This document shows, one piece after another, positions 29,239 to 43,290 of a stretch of DNA of 64,000 nucleotides. A program made the translations under genes and the position numbers. The first letter of the stretch is position 1; each line of letters opens with the position of its first letter. Location: assembly GCF_009914755.1 (NCBI RefSeq), contig NC_060926.1; one strand, written 5' to 3'. The stretch is from the human T2T-CHM13v2.0 reference genome, Homo sapiens. Below the pieces are notes generated by a model. The model saw nothing but the letters and a program-made list of their open reading frames with translations. It was not told the DNA's origin and did not search any database.

Positions 29239-29446
29239 CAGGGGTGTCCAGTCTTTTGGCTTCTCTGGGCCACATTGGAAAAGAAGGATTGTCTTGAGTC
29301 ACAAATAACATACACTCACACTGATGATAGCTGATGAGAAAAAAAAATCTCATAATGTTTTAGAAAGTTTACAAATTTGCGTTGGGCCACATTCAGAGCT
29401 GTCCTGGGCCATACACAGCCCGCGGGCTGCAGGTTAGACAAGCTTG
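29239..29446. mobile_element. MER30 (hAT-Charlie) with 8-bp TSD
   Basis: CAGGGGTGTCCAGTCTTTTGGCTTC...GGTTAGACAAGCTTG; TSD ggccacat (29231-29238) / ggctacat (29447-29454). Confidence 0.88.
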
Positions 29447-29892
29447 GGCTACATGGTACCAGTGTTAGCGTGAGGATGAGGGTGTATTGCACTTCATAAC
29501 CCCCAATATAAGGATTCTCCTTAAAGCAGTCTTTCTGCCCTGTTTGCCTGGTGGCACTCCGCTCTCACAGTGAGACTTGCCACTAGGAAGGGTGGAAATT
29601 CTTCCCAGCTCCTCTGAGTAGTGGGGCTCGAGGATGAGGGTCCATGCCATAGTGAGAGCCTCTAGGCCTCTGACGCAGACTGAGAAAATGGGCTGTGACG
29701 ACACAAAGCCACTACGGGAAGTCTCAAGTCCTTGACCCAATGTGCACATTCCGAGCTTCCGGTGCAGCAATGAGCTGACACAAACCGTGGCGGCCTGAAG
29801 ACCTGGACCTTCCATTTTGCCTTTCAGGACCCGTGTTCACACCAGCACTTAGTTTGGAGGAAGCACCTGGAGGAGATGCAGAGTCCAGATGT

Positions 29893-29906
29893 GCGCCCTC
29901 TGCCGG
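29893..29906 (-). promoter_or_regulatory. CTCF core motif
   Basis: Minus-strand CCGGCAGAGGGCGC matches the consensus CCRSYAGRKGGCRS at all 14 positions; locally CpG-retaining unique sequence. Confidence 0.6.
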
Positions 29907-30178
29907 AAGCCTACTGCACCAGGACGTAGGCCTGGAGTGGCCCTTAACGCATTTGGAAATCAGTCTTCACTAAAAAAACTTCCTCCAAAATGTTCTTTAA
30001 CAGCCCTTTAAAAGCCATTGTTTCAAAACAGTCCAAGGTGGTGAACAATTAATATTTTCGATTTACATGAAGACTCTGGAGTAGGAATTACCTGAGTTGG
30101 AAACTCAGTTCTACTCTATTGGTATCAGGTTGCATTCTGTATCATCATTAAAATTTTCAGAAAAACTCTCAACCTCGG

Positions 30179-30577
30179 TGCATTAGTTTTCTAGGACTGT
30201 CATAATGAAGTATATCACAGATTCTATGGCTTGAGCAATAGAAATTTATTTCCTTGCCATTCTGAGTCTAGAAATCTGAGATCAGGGTGTTAGCAGGATT
30301 GGTTTCTTCTGAGGCCTCTCTCCTTGGCTTGCAGAAGAAGCATAGTTGACCTCTCCCTGTGTGTTCACATGGTCAAACCACTGTGTACATCTGAATCCCA
30401 ATCTCTTCTTGTAAGGGTGCCAGTCATATTGGATTGGAGCCCACTAATGAGATCATGACCACATCTTACCTTAATTACCTCTGAAGGCTCTATGTCTAAA
30501 TACAGTCACATTCTGAGACATTGGGGGTTAGGACTTCAACATATGAATTTTTGGGTGACACAATTCAGCCCATAACA
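30179..30577 (-). mobile_element. MLT1A-like MaLR solo LTR
   Basis: TG...CA termini; 'tagaaatttatt', 'ggtttcttctgaggcctctctccttggcttgcag', 'cacaattcagcccataaca'. Confidence 0.85.
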
Positions 30578-30843
30578 GTAACCCTTTTAAGACTGTCACT
30601 TATTTCTCTAGTGAAAAGGCAGAACTTTCGGAATCTTTTAGAATCTCCCCTGCAGCTGAGTAAACATCTTAGTGTCTTCATAACTAGAAACCACAGGTGG
30701 TTGTTTCATTTTGTTTTAAATTTTCTATCACTGAAGATAAGTAAGATCAGAACTCGAAAGTCTTGCTAACCCATCGATGTCATGAGAAAGGCCCAGGATC
30801 AGGGTCAGAAAACCTGGTTTTTCTTTGTAATAGTTAATTATGA

Positions 30844-31175
<332 letters not shown>

Positions 31176-32215
31176 TCAGCTATTATTATTAACAATAATA
31201 TTTTTATTAGCTGGATGTGATGAGGCAGTATTTAACTTGACCCGGCAACCCTGAATGCCTGATTCTATACTCATCCACCTATTACTACGATGGGTTTGCA
31301 GAGATATGCCAGACAAGCACATTCCTTATTACTGTAATGATTTTGCTCCCAACGACAGTTCAGTTCTCCCAGGACCTGGACTGGACCTCGAGGGGTCTAG
31401 CACAGGGGCCCATTGCACCTGGGCTCCAGGTGGATCTGCAGCCTACACTGCAGCAGCTGAGGAGTCTCTCCTGCCCCTTCATGCTGGACTCCCCCAGTCT
31501 CACCATTCTGACACTAAGGAAGCATCACTGAGGAAAGGAAAAGAAGAGCATGCTTTTCTTAATCCTTGCTGTAGAGCTTTTCTAAGCCACTCACTCCAGA
31601 CCTTCCCAGTCTTCCTACCCAGCTTTAAACTTCCCTCCTGCTAACTGAGGCTTTGGGGGCCAACAATGAAAGGATGTTCCTAAGTCCTGGAGGCATCCAT
31701 GGCTCCCTGCAAGTCTGTGGAAAATTTCCAGTGTATGGAGAAAAGCCCCTGCAATGTGGAGACAGCATTTTGGGATACTTCTGGTATACTATAAGCCTGG
31801 CTGTTGATCCCATATGTGGAAGGGAAGAAACAAATGAAAAGGCAGAAAATGTTGGTGGCCCACTTCCTGCCACTAGTGGGAGCTCTAGGTTCATGCCACT
31901 CCATCAACCCAAGGATGGGGTAGAATACCAGGTGAGGATGGAGCCTGGGACGAGGGGATGAGAGACTGAGGTCAAAACTCTCCCCTGCAATATTATCTTT
32001 CCAGAGTCCTGTTACTCCACACAACTAGTTTGGCAAGAGAGGCCTGGGGCCTTTCCCTGCCTCTTGAGCCCCAGTGTGAGTTTGAAAAACAGGGCTCTAG
32101 AGATGAAGATGGGGACCCAGGGGACAGAGGCTCAAGAAGCCAGGCAGCCTGCTTCCAGGTTGCAAGCAGCCTGGGACCTGGACAAAAGGCATTCATCCTA
32201 AAAGCCCCAGGTGTT

Positions 32216-32460
32216 GGACTGGGCATGGTGGCTAACACCTGTAATCCCAGCACATTGGGAGACCAAGGCAGGCGGGTCACTTGAGGTCAGGAGTTTGAGA
32301 CCAGCCCGGCCAACATGGTGAAACCCCATCTCCACTAAAAATACGAAAATTAGCTGGACATGGTGGCATGCACCTGTAATCCCAGCTACTCGGGAGGCTG
32401 AGGCAGGAGAATCACTTGAACACGGGAGGTGGAGGTTGTAGTGAGCGGAGATCATCTCAT
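32216..32460 (+). mobile_element. AluS lacking its 3' end and tail
   Basis: Dimer stops at 'gagatcatctca' with no A-tail. Confidence 0.9.
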
Positions 32461-32476
32461 TAACACAAACATTGTT

Positions 32477-32790
<314 letters not shown>

Positions 32791-33160
32791 GACAAACATC
32801 GTTAGTTTTAATTCCACTATTCTGTACCTACCAGTTTTCTTCTCTGTGCAAGTCATTATTTTAGGAAGGATGGTGTTTACAATCATAGGTTTGCTTCTGC
32901 CAAAAGAAACACCTGCTGAGAACCAAATGAAGATAGATTCTTCTCTCAGGCCTAAGAACAAGACCCGTCTAGCAACACCCTGGCTTCACTTCACTGCATT
33001 TATCACAGTTTGTGATCATGAATTTATTGGTAAGATTATTTTATTAATGTTGGTCTCATCCACTAACTTGTTAGGCTCATGGAGAACAGACTGTGTCCAT
33101 CTGCTTCACTGCATTAGGCCACATGCCTAGCAGAATTCTTGGTACGTGAAAATTGACAGT

Positions 33161-33740
33161 CTGGTGGTTCTCAAACTATGTCCTGGTGGTTCTCCCACAC
33201 CAGGAGCTGCAGCAAACTCAGAAGGGCACCATGATATTTTACATTTTTTAGGTAAAAGCACAGCGATCCTCAATATCTTGGGGACCCAGAGCAGATGACC
33301 AGTTTGAGTTAGTTAGTAACTTCAACATCAGTTCATCCACATTCCTTTCAATTACATCAAGGCTTTTGAAACTGGGCTTCTGGTTGTTGCTGTGATAAAA
33401 TGCAAGTGTCTCACAAAAATGAATGTGAAACAGGAAAGGAGGGTGGTGGTGTCCAATCTAATTCCAAGGTTTGAGAAACCAGGCAGTACCCAATAAAAGC
33501 ACATATCCCATTAGTAATTGTGGTTATTTACACATGACAAAAAAGTAGCATTGTTTTTCTTCCTATTTATGTGTATTCTTTTTCAAACAGCTACTAAGTT
33601 ATTGAGACAGAAATGCTTAGCAAATCGTGTGGGATTTACCTAAGAAATGGCACAGTTAGGTATTTCTTTTAGCCCAGGGGCACTGTGAAATGTTCACTGA
33701 GAAACTAAGGGCACCGTGAACTGAGGTTTGAGAGCTTCTG
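33161..33740. mobile_element. hAT-Charlie-type DNA transposon remnant
   Basis: Imperfect terminal inverted repeats ctggtggttctcaaac ... gtttgagagcttctg; exact family not determined. Confidence 0.5.
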
Positions 33741-34914
33741 GCCTAGTCAATACTTGTTGATGGATCGATGGATTCAGGATCCCATGCCTTTGATTATGTC
33801 CTTGATCACTTTACCCACAAAATATTATAAATCAGAATAAACAAAAAAACACCCTTAGAGAAAAAACATCACTGTATCTTTGTTTTTCCTCACAGAGGAG
33901 AGGAGAGCTCTACCACTGTGCTCTCTTTTTGAAGACTTACCATTTACTGTTTGTTGAATACTTACTATTAGTCAGGCCGTAGGCTTGGTTTTTTCCCCGC
34001 TTTTCTCCCCACTTCAATAAGATGGTCTAAGCTGGAATTTATTTATTTATTTTTAACACAAGAGTCAAAGGAGGTTTGCTTTAATACTAATAACCATTCT
34101 TTTCATGATGATGATACATTTTTATAATCCATCACGATTAGTTATAATTTTAACAAATCATATCTTTATTGCTATTGTGAAAGTTTAAGCTTTAACAACC
34201 TGCCAAACATTGTTTAAGCAATTTACTTAGGCTAGTTTATTAAATGAGAGTAAAATCTTAAAGAAGTGGGTGTTATTAGGATGATGACTCTTATTTCATG
34301 AAATAAGTAAACAAGCAAATAAATAAAGGTTTGGCAAGGTCACATGACTAGCCCAAAGTCTCACTGCTATTGGTGGGGGAAACAGGTTTTGAATTGACCG
34401 TGCTCCATGCTAATAATGCCTGCAAAATATGAGAAGTTACTTGGTTACTAGTAATCACTTGGTTACTAGATAGAAATGACTTGTTACTGATGTGAAAATT
34501 AGGGGTAGAGAAGGCTCCTTACATTCTGGTGTGTTTTATGTAGTTCAGTGTGCTACCATTCTGAGTGAGCTGGAAGTTTTAAGAAATGCAAAGGGACAGA
34601 GAACCAAACTTCTCTCCTGAAGATTCAGTAGCTCTTTTTATAGAAGTGTACCCATTGCGGGGGAAGGTGGGCCTCTCAGATTTAGGGTACTTATTCTAAG
34701 TTGAAATGTAATTGCCCTTGGAGAGTGATATGTGTTGAAGTGGTGGGGTGGCCAGGTGAACAGTGGATCAGGCATTCTCGGTGCCCCTCCCCAATCTGAC
34801 CGTCTCTTCTACAATCACCTGTACTGAAGGTACACTGAAGGTCAGATATGCCAGGAAATCTAATACAAAGAAAAAGAAGATCATATCTTCTCTATGTCAT
34901 GGTGACAAACAATA

Positions 34915-36212
34915 CAAGGAGACTTCTAAAAGTTTGTGAAAAAATGACATTAAAAGATAACATGAAAAACATAATCTTTATTTCTCAATATAGGCTCCAT
35001 CAAGGTCAAGACACTTTTGTAAGCCATGATACCAGCCATTTAGTTAGTCCATCCCTAAAGAACTGAGGGTCCTGGGAACTTAACCATGTCATTGCAGTCT
35101 TTTTTACATTATTAACTGAAGAAAAATGGCTACCCTTTAAAGATTTTTTTAAAATTAGAAGATAAAAGGAAGTCAGGAAGAGCCAAATCAAGACAGTAAG
35201 ATGAATGCCTAATCTCATTGAAACTCTTGCAAAATTGCCATTGTTGTGTGAAAGGAATGAGCAGGAGCATTGTCCTGGTGGAGAAGGACTCTCTGGTTGA
35301 AGCTTTCCATGGCATTTTTCTGCTAATGCTTTGACTTTCTCAAAATACTTTCATAATAAGCAGATTTTATTACTCTCTGGCTCTCCAGAAAGCCAACAAG
35401 CAAAATGCCTTGAGCATTCCCGAAAACTGTTGCCATGACCGTTGCTCTTGAATGGTCCACTTTTGCTTTGACTGGACCACTTCCACATCTTGGTAGCCAT
35501 TACTTTGGTTATGCTTCGTCTTCAGGATCATACTGATAAAGCCATGTTTCATCTACTGTTACAATTCGTCAGATAAATGCTTCAGGATTTTGATCCCACT
35601 TACTTAGTTTCCATGGAAGTTCTACTCTTGTCTGCAGCTGATCTGGGTGCAATGGTTTTGGTACCCATCAAATGGAACGTTTGATGAGCTTTAATTTTCC
35701 AGTCAGAATTATATATGCTGAATCAATTAAGATGTCTATGGTGTTGGTTATTTTGTGTGCTGTTAATCTTCTGTCCTTTTCAGTTAGGGCACAAACAAGT
35801 TGAATTTTTTCCTTGCAAATTGATGTGGATGATCTCTGCTGTGGTCTTCATCTTGAATATCATCTTGTTTCTTCTTAAAAAGAGTTATCTATCTATCTGT
35901 AAACTGCTGATTTCTTTGGGCATTGTCCTCACAAATGTTTTGTAAAGCATTAATGACTTCACCATTCTTCCACCCAAGCTTCATCATAAATTCAGTATTA
36001 TTGCTTGCTTCAATTTTATCATAATTCATGTTGCTCTGATACGGGCTCTTTTCAAACTGATGTGTTATCCTTCTTATTGCCTCAAGCTAGATACTGTTCA
36101 GACATGTTATAATAAGTTAGTATGAGTTTATTTTGGTGCAGAAAAATTTTTGAAATCCATGTATAGTTTTTTCATAATACACATTTTCCATGAACTTTTT
36201 GCAGACTCCCGG
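34915..36212 (-). mobile_element. Full-length HSMAR2 mariner transposon (decayed transposase)
   Basis: TA dinucleotides at 34913-34914 and 36213-36214. Minus-strand end CCGGGAGTCTGCAAAAAGTTCATGGAAAATG resembles the HSMAR2 TIR; length 1298 bp. Transposase remnants: ATG near 36029 (MNYDKIEA), 'VDETWLYQYDPE', 'HSSYCLDLALPDF' (YSPDLAPSD), 'LKKSLKG.HFSS'. Confidence 0.92.
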
Positions 36213-39200
36213 TATTTCTCTTTTTTGCATGAATTGTGGAGGAAACAGTATTTTCTGAATTTGTCACCCCACCTGAATAGGTAAGTTGAGTTGATAACAA
36301 GTGAGATACCAGAATTCTAGGCTGGAGCTAACATCACACGTATCCAACACTGGCTATAGGGCAGTCCCTTCTGGTCTGGCCCCTGCTCTGTTACTACCTG
36401 CAAGGGAATGTTCGAGTGCTACCAGCAGTTTCAAAAGGAATAGTTTTAAAAGAGAATATGTGTTGGCTAAAGCTCATAAAGAACCAACAGTCTCAGAGAA
36501 GGATGTAGTCCTTGTCACAAGGAGACACTATCCCACAGGAAAAAAAAATATCTTTTGCATGTTTTCTACCTACACATTTTGTTTTTTGCATTATCATATT
36601 AATAATACTTGTCCTCATAAAATAAAAATTTTCAACAACAAAATATAGAGATAATTAGCTTCTGGAAAGATATGCAGTAAAGCAGCCCCAGGTTCAATTT
36701 TAGGTAGTAGATTTTACTATTTCGTGCCAGACATATTATTTCTTATAACAAATATTTTTAGAGCACCTAGTGAATGCCAGGCTCCATGATAGATACAAGA
36801 AAACAATAGTCATTGCCTTCACACCATGGTTCTTCTAGAATGAGAACCAGATATGAGAAAGCAAATAAATAAAAGACCTGTAGATTGTGATTAATACTAC
36901 TAAAGAAATAAATAAAGAGCTTTGCTAGAGAATGAGAACAAGAGCCCTAAGAAGAATATTTTGGCAGAGGGAATGGTAGAGGTAACGTTCCTAGTAGGTA
37001 TTGGGATTAAATTATTTAAAACACAGTTCTTGTAAGTAGATACTTCCGTATCAATAAAACCAGTGCTGTAATAGGGGCATGTACAGGTTACTATTGGAAC
37101 ACAAAAAAGGGCCACTTAGTACCAAATGTAGGGGGAGCTACTTCAAAAGATGGCACTTGAGCAGTACTATGGTGAGCAGGGACTGGTCAAGGAATGATTC
37201 TGAGGAGGGAAGAAAATGGTTCAGATCAGAGGAGGCAGCACATGCAAAGTGGTGCCATCAATAATTCAGAAACCCATAATCAATCTGGCTAAATGGAACC
37301 AGGTCCCAGAAAAGGTTAGAAAAGATAGGATTGAAATTAAAGTTGGCAAGATTTTATACTAATTGTTCAAAGTTCACAGATAATATTGCTATTAACAATT
37401 TTATGTCCTTAGCTCCAGCTCAAACTTTTAAAAATTTGCTGCAGAGCACATTGGTGTAACTCAAGATTTTAAGAACTTGCCTATCCTTTAATAAATACCC
37501 TGCAAATTTACCTGGTGCCAGCTGTTTCTCATCTCTTTCTTTGACTCCATTGTCGTCTCTTCATTCCACTCCATAGGGTGGCAGCTGGAAGAGTTATACA
37601 ATTGGACTAGGAATGCTGAAGTATACAGTGTGACCTAAGAAAGGTTCATCTGTTGTACAGAAGCTATGAGGTATTTATTATTGCATAATAACCTATAGCT
37701 CCGGGCCCACATGGGCCATTCTGTGTAACTTCCCTAGTCATTGTATAGTATCAAAGACAGCATGGAGAGATCAGAACTTTTTTTTTTTTAGGAGATGGAT
37801 TCTTGTATTTTACTTGTGTCTTTTGAAACACTCCCAGCTGGAACTGTCCTTAGCTCCAGCCTTTTATATGCCTCTCTCAATGGAGTGTCAAACTCATTTT
37901 CTCCACCCTCACCCCAGATGTTCTGTCAATTTGTGTGTTTAATCTTGGTCTCCCTGCCACTTCTCTTACATAGGTCTAGCTTCTCTTACTTTGTTCTCTC
38001 CTTGTTACTCCCCTCTATCTGGTTCTGTCTTCCTTTGCCCATCATCCAACTGTACATTACCAAAGTTTAGTACCTGGAACCTGGCAGGCAGAGACAGAAC
38101 CCAGAAAGCAGGCCCTGGAATCAGTCTGTGTGTGTTTCATGTGAGACTCCCTCCCCACTGACCAGCCTTAGCAAAATAATTTACCTTCTTCAAGTCTTAG
38201 TTTCTTCAACAAAAGGGGGCTAATGATGGTAATGACCTGATTCAGTAAAGAGTGTTTGACTGCAAATAATAGGACACAGAACTAAACATGAGCCAGGCAG
38301 TCCAGCTGGACAACTCTCTCTCCTAATGAGAAATCGAGAAATAGGAGGTACAGATGCGGGAGGGCAGCTCCGCAATATCTTAGAGACTCAGGGTCTTCCC
38401 TTTCCCAGCTCCCCCTCCACCATCCTTGGTCCTTTGGCTTGTGTCATGCTGGTCATGCTGGTCACCTCATGTTTCTAAGGTGACCCCCACAGCCCCAGGC
38501 CATTTGACAACTTTCAAAGTCAAGGAGTGGAGGACAAATGCCTTCCACTTTTTGAGGCACTGTTCTTTCATCTGCAAAAAGAAACATCCCAGAAAACTTC
38601 CCCTGACCTCCCATTGCTCAGAACACAGCCACGTGGCCACCTCTTGCTGGACAGGGAGCTGAGGACATGCCTATCTTGCAAAGCAGGGCAGAACACAGTG
38701 GTGCATTCAGGTCAATTATGAGCCACACCATGGGTGTGAACTAAATTGGGGTTCTCTTAGCAAAGAAGCATGAGTAAACAGGGATCTGTTTTTACCCACT
38801 TCACGATGTTGTCATGAGGATTAAATGAGGTGACATCCTTGGAACACTGCCTGGGACTTCGTAAGAGCTTAGTAAGTGTTAGCTACTATTTTTTATTTTT
38901 ATCTTAATTATTTTTGATTCTGCCTCATCACCCCTTGCTGTAGCAGCCTGGAGTCTTATGTGCAGCCATTTCACATTCACTCTGAGGTGTGCACACCTGT
39001 ACTGTAAGCAGCATAGACAAAGGCAGCTCATGTTTATGGGTGAAGCTGCAGTGGTAGCTGAGATCCACGGGAAGGACAGGGGCCGAGAGCAAGGAAAGAG
39101 AGTTAGGAGTCTAGAATAATCTTTAACCAAATGGAGCACGGAGACCAGTGGTGACACTTGGAAGTATTGTTAGGCAGTCTGTGGTCTGGACGCTATGAGA

Positions 39201-40947
39201 CTAGAGAGAATCTGCATCAATCTCTTGACTACATGGTTTCCCCCAAAGCAGTCCCAGAACCGGAGTGAAGAAGGCAGGAAGTAGTACAAATCCAGGCTTG
39301 GAGCTTTGCCTTGTGGATGAGCTGAAAGGACAAGGAGACTTGAGAACATAAGCCAGAGAGTGGATAGACTGATGGATGGTGGATCCATGACAGTAGACAT
39401 GGGAGTGAAACTTGGAGGGGCTGATAAATTAGGATAAAAATGAAGAGACTGGTCAAGGGACCGAGTGTCTTTTTAAGTCAAATAACTGGTACAGTCAGTG
39501 AGAGTGAAGAGAGAGCCAGAAGAGGAAAAACTTGCAAAATGAGAACTGAATAAATCTATTCCTGTCTGCCTGTACCACACATCACAGGTCTACCCACAGG
39601 TTTGACATATGTTTCCACAAAATTGTTCCCAAGTTTCTATTTTTCTGTGAAGAGTTTCAAATCCCCACATATTTCTATTACACTTCCACTGATGTGTTCT
39701 ATCTCCCAAAGCATCCCCAGCGGTGCCAAGACTCACAGTGCCCACAAGACTTCCCTGCCTCCTCTGAGATCATGCCCAAGGGTGAACATTCAACCAGGGC
39801 TGGGACAATCCTAGTGCCTTGACCCACGTCTCCCTTGGTGGCTGCCACAGCCACTGCCACTTTGTCATGGTCACCCAAAGGCAACAGCTATGCTGGCCAC
39901 TTACTCACAGAAAGGGTAGATTCAATAGGGGTCTTGGGTAGAGAGATGGGTAGTCCTGTGAAGAGGACAGTCTTCTGGTGGTGACTGGCAGACCAAGGTC
40001 AGCTACCATCTTCCCAGTATGGGTCTTCATCTCTGACCTTTTTCCCGTCTCCATATTCATATTTCTAACTGCCGGACACATCCACCATGGGAGTGGGCAT
40101 CTCACACTCAGTATTTTCAAACTAGAAACCTTGTTTTTTCCCTTCAGTCATGCTCCTCTCCTTTGCAATTCTTAGGTAATATGTCACCATTCAACCAGTC
40201 ACTGCTGCTAGAAAACACAGAATCATCTGGAGTTTTCCATGGCCTCCACTCTGTTCCTGTCACATCTGTTTTCCCACCAAGCTCAGGCAATTCTATTTCT
40301 GAAAATATCTCTAACCCATCCTCTCCCAGCCTCAAGCATTTATATTGACTCAGACCAGTATCAACTTCCCTGATGGACTTTCTACCTCCAATAGCTCTGA
40401 ACAAGGAAACAGGACAACTCTGGTAAACAATGATCCTGGTGGAAGGAGGTGGACAAAAAACCTGAGTGACAGTGAGTGGCCACTGATCAGAAGACTCAGG
40501 GACCTGTAGCTGTTTTAGCTCCTGGAAATAAGGCAGTGAGAGATATTGTCTAGTATCTGGTATGAAGTGAGCTGCTGATACTGTGGCAGGCAGAGCACCA
40601 TTGTTTGCAGACTGCAGCAGGATCCACCAGGTCCCTCCAATTGCTACTATAATTAGCTCAGGAGATTAAATTCTGTTTTGTTAAATGCTATTCATTCATT
40701 ACCTACCATGTTTCAGGTCCTGGTTGAGACCATAGGGGTATCAGGCAATGCATGAGAACAGCATGTGCCATGCCTCATGAAGGAAACTTACAGTCTAGCT
40801 GGGAAGACAGATATTAATCAAGTGTGTTGAGTGTTATGAAGAAGAAAGTCAGGGTCCAGTGGAGCATATACCTGGAAGACTTAACCTAGTCTAGGGGTTC
40901 ATGGAAGGCTTCCCTGTGGAAGTGATAAGAAAAGATCATGCAAGTAG

Positions 40948-41300
40948 TTAAAAAAGAATGAATTAACAGCATTTGCAGTGACCTGGACGAGACTGGAGAC
41001 TATTATTCTAAGTGAAGTAACTCAGGTGTGGAAAACCAAACATCACATATTCTCACTGATATGTGGGAGCTAAGCTATGAGGATGTGAAGGCATAAGAAT
41101 GATACAATGGACTTTGGAGGTTTCGGGGAGGAATGGTGGGGGGCCGAGGGATAAAAATCTATAAATATGGTGCAGTGTATACTGCTCAAGTGATGGATGC
41201 ACCAAAATCTCACAAATCACCACTAAAGAACTTACTTATGTAACCAAATGCCGCCTGTATCCCCATAACTTCTGGAAAAATAAAATAAAATAATTAAAAA
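40948..41300 (+). mobile_element. 5'-truncated L1 (L1PB-like 3' end) with 21-bp TSD
   Basis: 'tattctaagtgaagtaactcagg...gatgcaccaaaatctcacaaatcaccactaaagaactta...aaataaaa'; TSD aagaaaagat(c/t)atgcaagtag at 40927-40947 and 41301-41321. Confidence 0.9.
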
Positions 41301-41674
41301 AAGAAAAGATTATGCAAGTAGGGAATACCCACAATGGGTGGGAAGGGGGGGAATTGCATTCCAGAGAGAGAAACAAAAGATGAAATTTTATTAGTTGTCC
41401 AATTTCAAAATACATTGATTCTTGGAAATGAGTGAGAGATTTTCAAATGAGGCATGTGGTCACAGTATAGCTGCTTCTTGGAGACCCTTGGTTTTAGCAC
41501 CACTATGATTTTCTCAAATATATCTGCTAATGTCTGTAATGGCAGAATATCCCATTGCAAGCTAAAGTCTTCGATGAAATCATCATATTTTATTTTTAAC
41601 ACTCATGTATTCATTCATTCAATAAATATTTATTGATTACCTACTATGCCAGGTACTGTTCGGGGAGCTAGGGA

Positions 41675-41743
41675 ATCAGTGATATGAAAATTATCTTTCA
41701 TATCAGTGATATGAAAATTATCTTTCATATCAGTGATATGAAA
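41675..41743. repeat. 27-bp tandem repeat (about 2.6 copies) made of inverted repeats
   Basis: Unit ATCAGTGATATGAAAATTATCTTTCAT at 41675, 41702 and (partial) 41729. Confidence 0.92.
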
Positions 41744-43054
41744 TATCTTAGTGTAAAATGGAAGCTGTAAGAACATGCCTCAAATTGTGTTCTGTAACTT
41801 TTGTGTGCCTTGTATACATGATCATTCCAGGGGAGCACATGGACCCCAATTTCAAAAACCTTAGAGTAAGTCATGGAAAGTCAAGGTTTGGGAGTTCTCA
41901 ACCTAGTCCTGCCTGAAAGTGTTTTCTGATCTCAGAAGTTCATTTAGCCTCTCTGGTTTCTGAAAATAAGAGGACTCAGCTAGATGAATTCTGAAGCCAT
42001 TTCCAGTTCTACACATATATAAATTTGTACACTCACATGGTTGGAAGCGACCCTAAAGCCATCTTGCCAATTACACTAAACCCTTAAATCAGTCATTAGT
42101 AGAATCTTAAGGAAAGAGCAGCAAGTGTCAGGAACACTTAGGAAGAAAAATGAGAAACTCCGACCAAGAAGGGCCACTGGAGAGTGTTTATTCAGAGACA
42201 CACAAACATACGGAAGCTTTGCCATGAGGTCACCTCCACTTATCTCTGCACTGCTGATGGACTATACACATTTGTTGGAATTCTTCTCTCAGAAGCTGTG
42301 AGTCAGCCGGAAGCCAAGTCACAAATAGGTCCACAATTAACTCAAGAAGTAGGAGCCCTTGCTTTCTTATCTTCCTACCACCCTCATTTTTCTGGTGATG
42401 TGAAAGTGAAAATTCTTTGGAGCTCAGAAGGAGGTTCTGCAAAAGGCAGAATTCACAAATGTAAAGCATTTTTTTTTAGGACAAGACAGAAGACATGACA
42501 TTCGTGGGAACCACCACATTTACAAGAGGCAGCACTCCTCCAGGATTCACCTCCAAACTTTTTCGAATGCTTCCTGTGGAAAAGTCTTGTCAAGGATGGT
42601 CTTATTTTTTTAATCAGGAATTATTTTCTCACTGATCATTGCCAAACTAAAAATCTTGGGAATTTCATTTTAGCCTTTTACTGTGGGACACTCATTGCTA
42701 AAGGAGACCATTTCAGACAAACCACATTTAATAATGTGTGTTCCAATCCTCCAAATTTCTGGTGTGCCAGCTCTGTTGGACTCTACTAGGCTTTGGGAAA
42801 TGTCTTTGCCTTCACTGGGAATGGCATCAGGAGGGCTCCCTGAGAGCTCTTTGCTGACGCCCTGCAGGTTTATAAAATGATGCTTCCCCAGATCATAACC
42901 AGTAACTCATGTGTACACAGAAGAGTAAGGTAAAAATCAATCAGCCTCATATTCAGCCTTCTGGGAAAAGAAGTAAAATATGTAGCAGGGAAAGGTGAAC
43001 CGGGGTTTTCAGTGGAGGGGGCAGGGCTTCCCACCTTCACTTAGGAATGCTATT

Positions 43055-43290
43055 CATTGACATTTATTGCTTCCTTACACATTGACACACATTGTTCCAA
43101 GTACCTTGAATGCATCAACACATTTAATCTTCATAGTAAGTCATAAGGCCAGTGCTTTTGTTCTTTTCAGTAGGCAAATGAGGGAACTCAGACACAGAGA
43201 CGGGAAGTGACGTTCTAAGGAAATGTAGCCAGGAAGTGGCAAAGCTGGAATTCAAACCCAGGCAGGCTGGGTCCAGCTCAGGCTTTTACC
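43055..43290. mobile_element. MIR
   Basis: 'catttattg...catttaatcttcatag...aaatgagggaactcagacacagagacgggaagtgac...ggaattcaaacccaggcag'. Confidence 0.75.

Noticed and set aside
31860-31885. CTCF-like CCACTAGTGGGAGC next to an ETS site
   Set aside because: Two mismatches at informative core positions; much weaker than the 29893 site
34436-34490. Short repeats 'acttggttactag' (2-3 copies)
   Set aside because: Small slippage-type repeat; not array-like and no further structure
35006-35552. Short ORFs with mariner transposase motifs as a possible active or domesticated gene
   Set aside because: Motifs are split across frames by stops and frameshifts and the YSPDLAP motif is degenerate
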